Shown here one piece after another: positions 40,317 to 50,745 of a stretch of DNA of 64,000 bases (position 1 is its first letter; every line of letters starts with the position of its first letter). The notes beneath the pieces were generated by a model. It worked only from the letters and a program-made list of their open reading frames with translations. It was not told where the DNA came from and made no database searches. Source of the stretch: Sphaerodactylus townsendi (lineage: Eukaryota); NCBI RefSeq assembly GCF_021028975.2, contig NC_059434.1:57102001-57166000 (forward strand), in the 5' to 3' direction. Both the position numbers and the translations under genes were made by a program.

Positions 40317-42754
40317 TAGGGTTGGAGATTCGGACAGTCCAAATCCGAATTTTTACCGAATCTGCACGGATTCGGACGGATTCGGATGAGCAGGAGCCGA
40401 ATCTGAGCTGTCCGAATCCTAACAGATCCGAATCCATGGGATTCGGATTACCAGCCGAATTGCGTTTTTATTTTTTGGTGTTTTTTTCACATTTTGGCCT
40501 GCAGGGGAGACATTTTTAAACATATCAGCACCAACTTTTCAGGATATCATCAGGAGACTGTCCTGATGATACCCTCCAAGTTTGGTGCATTTTGGTTTAG
40601 GGGGGGCAAAGTTATGGACCCCCAAATGTGGTGTCCCTATCCCCCATTCTTTCCAATGGGAACTAAGGAGATGAGGGCTACCCTTTTCAGGGTCCATAAC
40701 TTTGGCCCCCCTGAACCAAACTGCACCAAACTTGGAGGGTATCATCAGGACAGTCTCCTGATGATACACTGAAATATTGGTACCGATACATCTACAAATG
40801 CATTACCTGCAGGCACCCCCCAGAAATTTGCACAAGATTCTTTTGTTCTGCAGTGACTTTAGCTGCATTGCTGTCAATAGGGAATTTCTGAGGGGGCTGT
40901 GGAGTGCACTTTACCCATTTTCATGGTAAACCCACAAAACTTTCAGGAGTCTCTTTCAGGAGAGTCTCTGATGATGACACCATCGGGTTTGGGGAACTTT
41001 ACTTCAGGTGGAAGTGGGAGATGGGCCCTACCCCTTTGGGTCCCATAGAATTAAACCCCCTGAAGCAAAATTCCCAAACCTGGATGGTGATCATCCAGAG
41101 ACTCCTCCTGAAGATACCCTTGAACATTTTGTGACTATATCCTTGATACAAAAGTGAAATTCCCACATTGACAGAAATACAGCTAAGTCACTTGCAGAAC
41201 AAAGAATCTTGGAAGGCAGGTGCCTGCCGGGGACGCATTTTGAGATGTATCGGCACGCAAATTATCAGAGTATCATCAGGTGACTGTCCTGATGTTTGCG
41301 CCAACAAGTTTGGTGCAGTTTGGTTCAGGTGCATGGACCCTGCGAAAGTGCATCTATCCCCATTGTTGTTTCCAATGGGAGCTGATAGTGAGAGTCCATA
41401 ACTTTAGTTTCCCCTGAACCAAACTGCACCAAATCTCTTTCAGGGGTATCATCAGGACAGTCTGATGTTACCCCGCGAAAAGTTTGGTGTCACTTAGCTT
41501 TAAAAATGCTGGAGTTTGTGTGTTTTCACCGCTCCCTCACTCCAGGAGGCTTCTTGTGCAGGAGCGGTGAAACATGAAAAGCGCTGGAATTTTTAAGCCT
41601 ATGATGGCAACCAAATTTCAGGGTCCATCATCAGGAGACTGTCCTGATGACACCCCCAAGTTTGGTGCAGTTTGGTTCAGGGGCCAAAGTTATGGACCCT
41701 CAAAGGCCTCTATCCCCATTGTTTCCAATGACAGCTAAGGAGATGGTGGCTACCATTTTGAGGGTCCGCGCTTTGGCCCCCCTAAACCAAATCTGCACCA
41801 AGCGTGACAGTCTCCTGGTGACAATACCCTGATCATGTGCCCCTACGTTCTTTTTTTTCTGCAGTGACTTCTGACATTGCTGTCAATAGTGGAATTTTCT
41901 GGTGGGAAGGGCTGTGTGAATTGCACATTTATCAAGGTACAAAGTCATCAAAATGTTCAGGAATTATCTTCAGGAGAATGCTGACTGACACCACATCCAG
42001 GTTTGAGGAACTTTGCTTATGGGGGGGCAGTGGGAGATGGACCCTACCCATAACATTTGAACCCCTTGAAGCAACGGTCACCAAACCTGGATGGTGTCAT
42101 GAAGAGACTCTCCTGCAGAAGACACCCTGAAAGTTTTGTTGGGTTTACCATGAGAAATGCACTCCACAGCCCCCTCCCACAGAAATTTCCTATTAATGTA
42201 ATGGAGCCAGCCACAGCCACTACAGAGCACAGAATCTGGGAAATTTCTTTAGTGGTGACTGTGAGGGGTGCAGTTTTAGAGCTTACTGTCACCAAAATTT
42301 CCGGGTATCATAAAATGTAACTGTCCCTATGATACTCCCCAAGTTTGAGAGTGAAGTTTTCTGTCTCAGGGGTCCAAACGTTATGGACCTTCAAAAGTGT
42401 AGCCCCGCTCTCCTCAAAGTTAGCTTCCACCGTGGAAACAATGGGGGATGGTGTCAATAACTTTGCCCCCCCTGAATTAAAACTGCACCAAACTTAGGGA
42501 GAATCACTCAGATGATATCCTGAAATTTTGGGTGCCGCTGGCTTTACAAATTTCGTCCCCTGCAGGCCAACAACGTGTAAAAACACCCAAAATTCAAAAA
42601 TAATAATAAAACGGACCCGAATTTTTCGGATTTACCCGAATTTTCGGGTATATCCGAATTGGCTATGATTCGGATTCGGGCATACAAATCATTTTATGCC
42701 CCAAAATACCCAAATCCGAATTTTACCGAATTTTTTTAGTATTGACCAACCCTA
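40317..42754. mobile_element. Non-autonomous hAT DNA transposon (2.4 kb)
   Basis: TIR TAGGGTTGG / CCAACCCTA. Perfect 8-bp TSD GCAGCCAC at 40309-40316 and 42755-42762. Subterminal CCGAAT/ATTCGG arrays. No transposase ORF. Confidence 0.9.
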
Positions 42755-45700
42755 GCAGCCACAGATGCCAGCCACAGATGCCAGCCACAGATGCAGGTGA
42801 AACGTCAGGAGAGAATGCTGCTAGAACACGGCCATACAGCCCGGAAACCACACAGCACCCAAGTGATTCCGGCCGTGAAAGCCTTCGACAATACATTACA
42901 TGTCTATTTGTGTTTTTTTGTATTTTTAGTGTTTTTTTGTTTTTTGCCTGCAAGGAGGTGCAGTTTTTAGGCTAGCAGCACCAAAATTTCAGGGATTGTT
43001 TGGGAGACTCTCCTGATGATACCACCCAGGTTTGGTGAGGTTTGGTTCAGGGGGTCAAAAGTTATGGACTCCCAAAAGGGGTGCCACCATCCCCCATTGT
43101 TTCCAATAGAAGGGCACTTATATGATGGATACTAAATCCATTGTAAAAGAAGTAGATTTTTTGTGAAAATATTCAGCTTCAAAATCCCTTAATGACTTAT
43201 CAGAAATGTTTTAATAAGATTTGTACTGTTATATATATAACAGTACAAATCTAATTGTACTATTGTACAATTGTACAATTCTAATTGTACAAAAATCTAG
43301 CTAGCATTTTACCTTAACATTTTATTTGTGAGCCAGGGAAAATAAGTTAAGTTTCATAATAAATCAAATATATTTTGAAATCTTTCGACCCCAAATAGAA
43401 GACAATTTAGCTGATAACATTTCCTCTTGATTTCTACAAATGTATCACCAGCTTTTTCATCATTTTAACTTGTGGTAAAAGCTTAATGGAGCAATAAGTG
43501 AATGGTCTTATATCTTCAAACACTATTTAGTTCATAGCAAAATATATATGAAATATAAAATGATGACTTCATTTACTAAAATCAGCAAATGTTAAAATTT
43601 CAAGGTATATAAGAGGATAAAAGAGATACAATTTTTTATTTGATTCCAAGACAATTTGGTGAGAAGAAAAATCTGAATAATGCTCAGGAAGAGAAGGGAG
43701 TATCCCCCAAGCAAATTTCTGGGGAGAAAGCCTACACAGTCAATAAATAGGTGATAATTAACAGAAATGCAACTGACTAGAAAAAGCAGGAGGTCATAAG
43801 AAAAGCAAGTCACAAACTAGTAAAATTTAACTAGGAACAGCATTGGTTAATTTTTTATTAACCCTGATTAGGTTAGAATAGACTCTGAGAGATAGCAAAG
43901 TACCTCTTTCCTTTAAATTCTCTACTTTTTCTATGTTTGAGAACAATTTGATGACAGCAGGAATTTAACTGATGGCCAATGTATTTGTGATGATATGAGA
44001 CAGAATTATCAGTAAGCAATTTTATGAGCTGTTGCATTTGGTATTCAGAATTCTGGACTAGAGCCAGGGACTTTGGTTCAGATCCCAAATGAACCTTGAA
44101 GATCACAGAATGAACTTGTGAATTTAAAACTGACCTTCTTGAAAGATAGCCATACTAAACACTTAACGTGTATAGGTCATGCTAGATGTTTCAGTAACTC
44201 TATGGAAAAGAAAATGAGTCTGAACTGACAGCTCATTTTCAGTCTACCCTCCATAAAACTGTTGGTTTGTATGAAGAATCTCTTGTATTAATCTGTGAAG
44301 CTATATAGACAATTAAAATGAGCATGAAAGATAGGAAGCTATGGGTGGTATATCCACATTCCAATCCTGGATGCCTGTTCTGTGGGGATTATTTCTTAAA
44401 GCATCTATGGCCTTGTACCCTTCTGGAATCCCTCTCCACCTCAGGCTCTATCTCTAAATCTCTATAAGTTTCCCAAACTGGATCTGGCAACAATACCTTT
44501 CCACCCTGCACCAGTTGCTGCAGCCTTTTAAAAAGATCCAAGCGGTTGCTTTTATGCGTGTCAGGGAAGGCATGTTTGCAAAACATGTCCATGGCTTAGG
44601 CTCAGCATAATTCTGTGAGATTTCATACGAAGCAGATGGCATACAGTTTGGCTCTTTCCATTCTATTTTGCCAGCCATTGTGTCAGCTGGAGGTTAGCAG
44701 GAAGTTGCTTGAGCTTTGCAAATGTGAGGAGGATAAAGGTTCTCCAGGAACTGGAGGGAAGCTCAGCAAAGAACCATACTGAAATATGCTCCAATTAATT
44801 GTCTTCTCGGGAGAAAGTATGGTTAAATGGAGGAAGGAACAATACTACAGTTATTTTCTTTTCTGTCCCAACTGCAGGTGGTGGCAAAGTGGGATATAAA
44901 TATCTAAACAAATAAGATGTGAACGGTCTATAAGTTAAATATTTACCCAGTGTTTGCTGCTCATCTTTGTTCACCAGGGCAGCTCTCTAGCCAGTATAAT
45001 CAGTGTTGGTCTTCAAAGTTAGTGGAGCTGTGCTGCTAATATGGGCCAGGTGTGAGTATGAACCAGTCTTTCAGGCTATAGACTGTGGACACCACATCTT
45101 CTGTTGGCATGCACGATTTGGCTGTCATGCACCTGAAGGCATCCAGTTTATGCACACATTTCTTGCATGTTCCACAGCCTCATTGTTTTGAAAAGGCAGT
45201 CCCTTAATAGGTTATAGACCATAGTTTTGATATGCTAAGTGCAATGTGTTCTTTGCAGAACAAAATTCTTTTCATTGGAGCATGAAGTGAACATTGGAAA
45301 CAACCTCTGTCATTTCCATGTTTATGAAATAAAACAAAGGGGAAACATGCTGTTTTCTTGTTACTATTGGGATCTGTTCGCTTTTGGTTTGATTCATCTT
45401 TCAGCATGAGAATTCAACATTGTTTTCAGTTTGTGTTTCCCAAACCATATTAATGAAGTGCTAAAAATAAAAATGTAGGTTTGTTTTGTTTCAGAAGCAT
45501 CAAGGCTTTTTTCTTTTTTATTTGAGTGATTTAGCATATTGGTCTGGAAGGGCTATAATCAAATAGAAAGTCTGCTTGAAAAATACATAGCCCTTGATTT
45601 TCTGAAACTCTCCCTTCCTCCTTGTAGCTATTTATATATGAGAAAACTAATGCTGAGGGATTAGCATGCAACAAATTAATGAAGCTACAGCTCATGCTTA

Positions 45701-46039
45701 AATGGATGGATTGTATGTATTTCAATTTGAGTACTGCGGGTACACTTTATAGATGCATCTGTAACTTGCTTCTTGTATCAAAACCCAGGAATGGTTTGTT
45801 TTAGAAAATGAAAAAAAAACCCCACATGTTCATGGTGAAAGGACCTTACTCTAATACAATGTTAAAAGTCAAATGTGGAAATATTGGGAAATGCCCCAAG
45901 AAATCCTAATCTGACCAACCATCAGGTACATAGAAGAGAACCTGGGTTTATCATTTTATCAGGAATTCTATCATTGCAATACAAACCCGTACTAGTCCCA
46001 ATGATCGTAATGAAATATACTCCACAAAATCAGCCCCTT

Positions 46040-46568
46040 CACATGACCGGAGAGTCTGGTGAGGGAGGCGGAAGTCTGATGAGCACGGAACCTCGTCAGA
46101 CTTCGCACTCCCTTGGCTCCACCCCCGCGCATCCCTGCTGCCGGGCCGAGGGAGAGGGGAGGAGGCTGCAGCAGCCTGTGATGAACTCAGGACCTGGCAG
46201 GCTCTGATCCCGGTGCAGGCTGCAGTTGGGCTTGCCCTCTACATCTTTATTGGAGGCCCCGTGGGGTCCCTGAAGGAGGTGGGGAGGGGGCGGCTGCAGC
46301 CTGAGGCCAGCTTGGATCCAGCCAGGATATGAGCTGGGCACAGGCTGCAGCCGGCTGCTGGGCTGGGAAGAGAGGCAGCTGTTGGCTCCCCTTCTCTCCC
46401 AGTCAGGATGCCAGAGAAACTGATGCCCCGGCTGCCGAGCTGGGAAGAGGGACTGTAGCCTGACTCGTGAGTAAGCAGTGCTTACTCATGAGTAAGTGGT
46501 GCTCCACGGAGGGGGCTCCCAGAGGGGTTTTTGCCTCCTGGCACCATTTGGCCCCCCGTACGCCTCTG
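46040..46568. mobile_element. GC-rich hAT MITE fragment
   Basis: Right end ..GTACGCCTCTG resembles the hAT MITE TIRs at 19166 and 49794; left TIR not found. Confidence 0.5.
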
Positions 46569-46952
46569 TTCCATGATATGTTTTGGTCCAAACATTCAAA
46601 GGAATAAAGTAGCCAAATCATGAAGTGCTGTAATTCTGCACTACAATGCAGATAAAGGATCCCATTTGATAATGCTCCCTTACAATGAAACTGCCCATAA
46701 TTGGAAAGCCAACACAGCAAGTATGGGAGAGTAGGCCTCTTTATGCATGCAGTAATTACCTTGTGGCTGTTTGCTTTGCAGTGAGTTTTTCCCACTTTTT
46801 CTGTTCTAACTGAGAAATTCTCCTGCTACAAAGTATCCCCAGCTGATCCAATCTTCCATTTTGCCAGAACTTCCTTGTTCTATCTGTGCAACATCCAGCT
46901 GAGGAGGTTGTCCGCCTTTTTTTTTGGAGGGGTCTAGCACAGTGGTCTAGCA

Positions 46953-47138
46953 CAGTGGTTCTCAAGCTTCCTAATGCCGTGACCCTTTAATACAGTTCCT
47001 CATGTTGTGGTGATCCCCAACCCTAACATTTATCCATTTTACATATGGAGAACACTGATGCAGAGAGTCTTAGGCGACCCCTGTGAAAGGGTTGTTCAAC
47101 CCCTAAAGGGGTTGCGACCTCCAGGTTGAGAACCACTG
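46953..47138. mobile_element. SPIN-type hAT MITE
   Basis: TIR CAGTGGTTCTCAA, SPIN-like body CTTCCTAATGCCGTGACCCTTTAATACAGTTCCTCATGTTGTGGTGA..GGCGACCCCTGTGAAAGGG, and 8-bp TSD GTCTAGCA. Confidence 0.85.
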
Positions 47139-47616
47139 GTCTAGCATTAATTTGCTATACTGTGTAAGTTTTAGGTCAGTTTCAAGGGTATATTGCTTGC
47201 TCCATATGAAAATAAACAGCCCTTTTGATCCTTCTGGTGCCCAGAAAAGTGGGAGGAACTGTTGCTGTGTGAGTGGGGTAGGAATGAGAAAACTCGAAGT
47301 GAAACACATGTTGATTATCTTCATTCTCCCTGTGAAGGGAGAGGAAAAGTCATACTTTCAGAGAATTCAGAAACTGTGGAGGTTCTTTGATCCGAGGCAA
47401 TATGAGTTCAGGTGGAAACATGTGCATATCTGAGAATCCAACCAAAAGGGAATGAACACTCAATATGAAGGAAATCATAATTGCATAAATGGCTTGCATT
47501 CCTTCCTGCTGAACTAGTTTTCTGTTTGCATAGAATTTTTAAATAAAGGAATTTAAATCTGGAATCCACCATTTCCATTCTCAAGTGGTGCTGTTGTATC
47601 ATTGTTCTGCCACTTA

Positions 47617-48333
47617 GGCCGTTTCCGCACGGATTGAAAAGCGAGCGACGCTAATGACGCCAAATGTAGCCAGTAACGCGCGATTCCGCCGGTGCCGCTT
47701 AATGCACAGACAGGCGGAGCTGCGCGCGGCCGCGGTTCCCAGTTCTCTGCTCAGAATGTGACGGTTTGGTAACGGAAGCGCTGCTGAAGAGGCTGTCTCG
47801 CCATCGCTCCGCTACAGGCTGCGCGACCCCGAGAAGCAGCCGCCGATTGGCTGACGGATCGCTCCCTGGATGGCCTGGCCGCCCTAATCTGTCGTCATTG
47901 CCTCCTCCTTAGTTACTGCAAAGTCAGTCCCAAGTTCATGTTACCTGTGAGATCAGAGTGTGTATGGGCAGCCACCATCTGCACAGGCGACATGGATCTG
48001 GGAAAGGTGCTTGACCATGCAGGGAAATCACCAGGGACAAACGTGTGTGTGTGTGGGGGGGACGGTGACCAAGCTTGGCCTTTTGGCAGTCGCCATTGTT
48101 GAGAACGGCTCCGTGGCAGCAGTTCGCACGACTGCGGCATCAGTGCGTCACATGTGGAAAAAGAGTGCTTCAAGCTTTTTTTTTTGAATATGGCTGCCTT
48201 ATTGCCGCATTAAGCTGCTACGACGGGCGCCGACTGGCGCACTTCTCTGCCGCTTATGCGTGCAGTAAACGCCTCATTTGATGTTTCTTTTCCCGTTTCT
48301 ACAACGTCATATTTCGCCCGTTCGGAAATGGCC
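47617..48333. mobile_element. CpG-rich PIF/Harbinger non-autonomous element
   Basis: Ends GGCCGTTTCCG and CGGAAATGGCC, flanked by TTA and TTG. Confidence 0.8.
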
Positions 48334-48399
48334 TTGGAAAAAATTGATGTCAATATTTTTCATAACCTACAGGTTTAATGTCTGATTATTTTTGTTAGT

Positions 48400-48570
48400 A
48401 GTTGCATAGATGACTCCAAATGATGACACACCTGGCTGCCCAACTGTTTCCAGGCATAGTTCAAAATTCTGGTTCTTATAAGTAAAGCCCTATGTAACTT
48501 GAGACTTGGGTACTTGAAGGACTGCCTCATTCCATATTGTCCAGCCCACTAACTGAGAACTTAAGAGGAA
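48400..48570 (+). mobile_element. L2 fragment
   Basis: CACCTGGCTGCCC..TTCAAAATTCTGGTTCTTAT..AAAGCCCTA resembles the L2 ORF2 C-terminus near 38070-38120. Confidence 0.5.
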
Positions 48571-49434
48571 TGTTGAGTTCAAAGATTTCTGAAATAATGA
48601 GGACTGTTTAGCTCACCTTCCCGACATGAGTAGCACCTCCCCATCACCTGTTGATATCCTTCTAATAAGTGAAAAAGGTAAATTTTCACAGTGAAAAAAA
48701 CAGTTTCAAAATAGTCCCCTGCTTGGGCTCATCCCTAAATTGGGTGGTGGCGGGACATATCATCAAACTTTTTTTTAAAAAAATGAATAACTAAGGAATA
48801 ATGCAAAATAAAATCATGTTCCTTTTCCAGACCTCAAACTATCATGTAGCCACTGTGAATATACATGTTTGTAACTGGATATTGAGACTGACATATATAA
48901 CTGATGTTATGGATGAGGTGATGAAAGCAACAAAGACCACAAGCAAATCAAGACCCCATCAAAACAGTTGTAGAATGCAAACTCAACACAGCCGTTGTTC
49001 ACAAGCTCTTGATGCTGATGCTTAGCTTAGTGAAGCAGAAGCACGTATTATAACTAACGGCAGAGTAACATCTGTTGCTAGTCTCATTATTAAACTAACC
49101 GAAATATTGCCCCGATGTGATGGTCTGCTGAAGATATAAACACACAAGTTTCAGAAAAAGATCACTTACATACTATTCAGCTTCTGAAGTGCTCACACAC
49201 TTTTAAAAAATGCCCAGAAGGAACTCTTCTATCAAATAATTGATAATTCTCATGAAAGACAATGCCAATTACCAATGACCTTTCTACTGTAGCATACTTT
49301 GTCAGCATTTCTGTTTTTTAAAAAGACATTTTGTTCAATCCATTACATACCCAGTTGGTTTCCTTTGATAGAATCAGAAAAACTGATATTGACAATAGTC
49401 AGTATAAAGACATTGCAGTATAAGGACTGCAATG

Positions 49435-49794
49435 CAGAGGTGGAACTATCAGGGGACCAGGGGTGTGCATTGCACCAACTGCACGTCTGGGAGGTGGAAA
49501 ATTGCCCCCTGTGGCGCCCCCTCTGCGGCACCCCCCCATACACTTACCTTCATGAAACAGTGCAAACTGGAGAAGCGGCCTGTTCCCTTCAGGCTAAAAA
49601 CAGCCTAGTGGGAATTACACTTCCCAGTAGACCTTGCGAGCCCCAGGGTCTTATGGGAAGTATAATTCCCACCAGGCCGTTTTCAGCCTAAAGGCAACAG
49701 GCCACTTCTCCAGCCTGCACTAAGGTAAGGGGGGCAAGGCACGGGGGGGGACACAGAGTGTCACCGGGCTCACTCTGATCCAGCTACGCCTTTG
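49435..49794. mobile_element. hAT MITE with internal hairpin
   Basis: Ends CAGAGGTGGAACT and AGCTACGCCTTTG. Perfect 8-bp TSD CTGCAATG at 49427-49434 and 49795-49802. Inverted arms across ~49560-49720. Confidence 0.9.
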
Positions 49795-49799
49795 CTGCA

Positions 49800-49995
49800 A
49801 TGTCATGTAGTGGATTAGACCTGGACTAGACCAGGAACATTTGTGTTTAAATTCAACTCAGCCATGAATCTCATGAGGTGTCCCTCCTTTTCTCTTCCCA
49901 CTCCCAAGCTTAATCTAATCAGCCAACAAGGTTTTGTAAAGATAAATGGTGGGAAAACCTTGTGTACCATCCTGAGAAGGATAAAAATGTGATAG
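49800..49995 (+). mobile_element. Old tRNA/CORE SINE
   Basis: ATGTAGTGG..CTCAGCCATGAA..AAGGTTTTGTAAAGATAAA..GGATAAAAAT. Confidence 0.5.
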
Positions 49996-50629
49996 ATCAA
50001 TAGTTGCAATTTTGATCTCACTTCAATTTGGAGTAAATGAAAAAACCTAGTGAGTTATTTTTGAAAGGCTTTATGCAAACTATTATCTCGTATCAAATAG
50101 GAATAATAGTACTTCATTCATGGGCCAGCTGTGAAGATAAATGTTATGAAGTTTGTGTATCTAATTAAATCTTAATAATTACTTCAGGGCATCTCACAGT
50201 ACCTCACTAAACTGGAAAATAAATGGTCAGCATATGCAGAATGAGTGTCACAGTTCATGACAATGTTTGCCAGTTGCAAAACTGAATGTATCATGAATAT
50301 AAACTTGTACTTGTGGAGTGAAGAGAAGACTTGGAGCCCCATCCAAAGGGAGGGAGGCAAAAGGGCTTGTGGGAGCAGCATGCACTTGATACATGCCCTC
50401 ATGCCAGCTTGTTTGCCTTCCTTAGGGCACTTAATGTCGACAGAGAGGCAAAACTGCTGGTGTGCAGCCACTGGCCTCCCCTGGTTCTGGAACAGGGCCC
50501 TGGACACTGCACCAATGTCCCAATGCTCCTGCCACCGCCTGCGTAGTAGTGAGGGTCTGGGGTGTGGCCAGGGAAGGAGTCGACATTAGTCAGCTTTCTA
50601 CTGGTCATTTGCTGGGTTATACCAACAGC

Positions 50630-50691
50630 GGGAAATCTGGACATATACAACCATTTTGAGTCACACAAGTCTGTTCAGCCCTCTTCTCAGT

Positions 50692-50745
<54 letters not shown>

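Larger units (their letters stand above)
40160..42893. mobile_element. Short Penelope insertion with inverted pLTR pair, split by a hAT
   Basis: 40160-40257 is the reverse complement of ~42770-42863. Flanking 12-bp direct repeat CATTACATGTCT at 40149-40160 and 42894-42905. Confidence 0.85.
39029..43110. mobile_element. Older composite hAT-like non-autonomous sequence hosting nested insertions
   Basis: Starts TAGGGGTGTGCATTC. Segment 42960-43110 shares the CTCCTGATGATACC..GTTTGGTTCAGGGG..AAGTTATGGAC module with the inner hAT. Boundaries uncertain. Confidence 0.45.

Noticed and set aside
42781-42810. Plus-strand hammerhead
   Set aside because: It has the GAAACGTC half but lacks the CTGAAGA core and the 5' strand of stem I.
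49503-49530. CTCF-like motifs in a hAT MITE
   Set aside because: Spacing does not fit the consensus well; would need PWM scoring.
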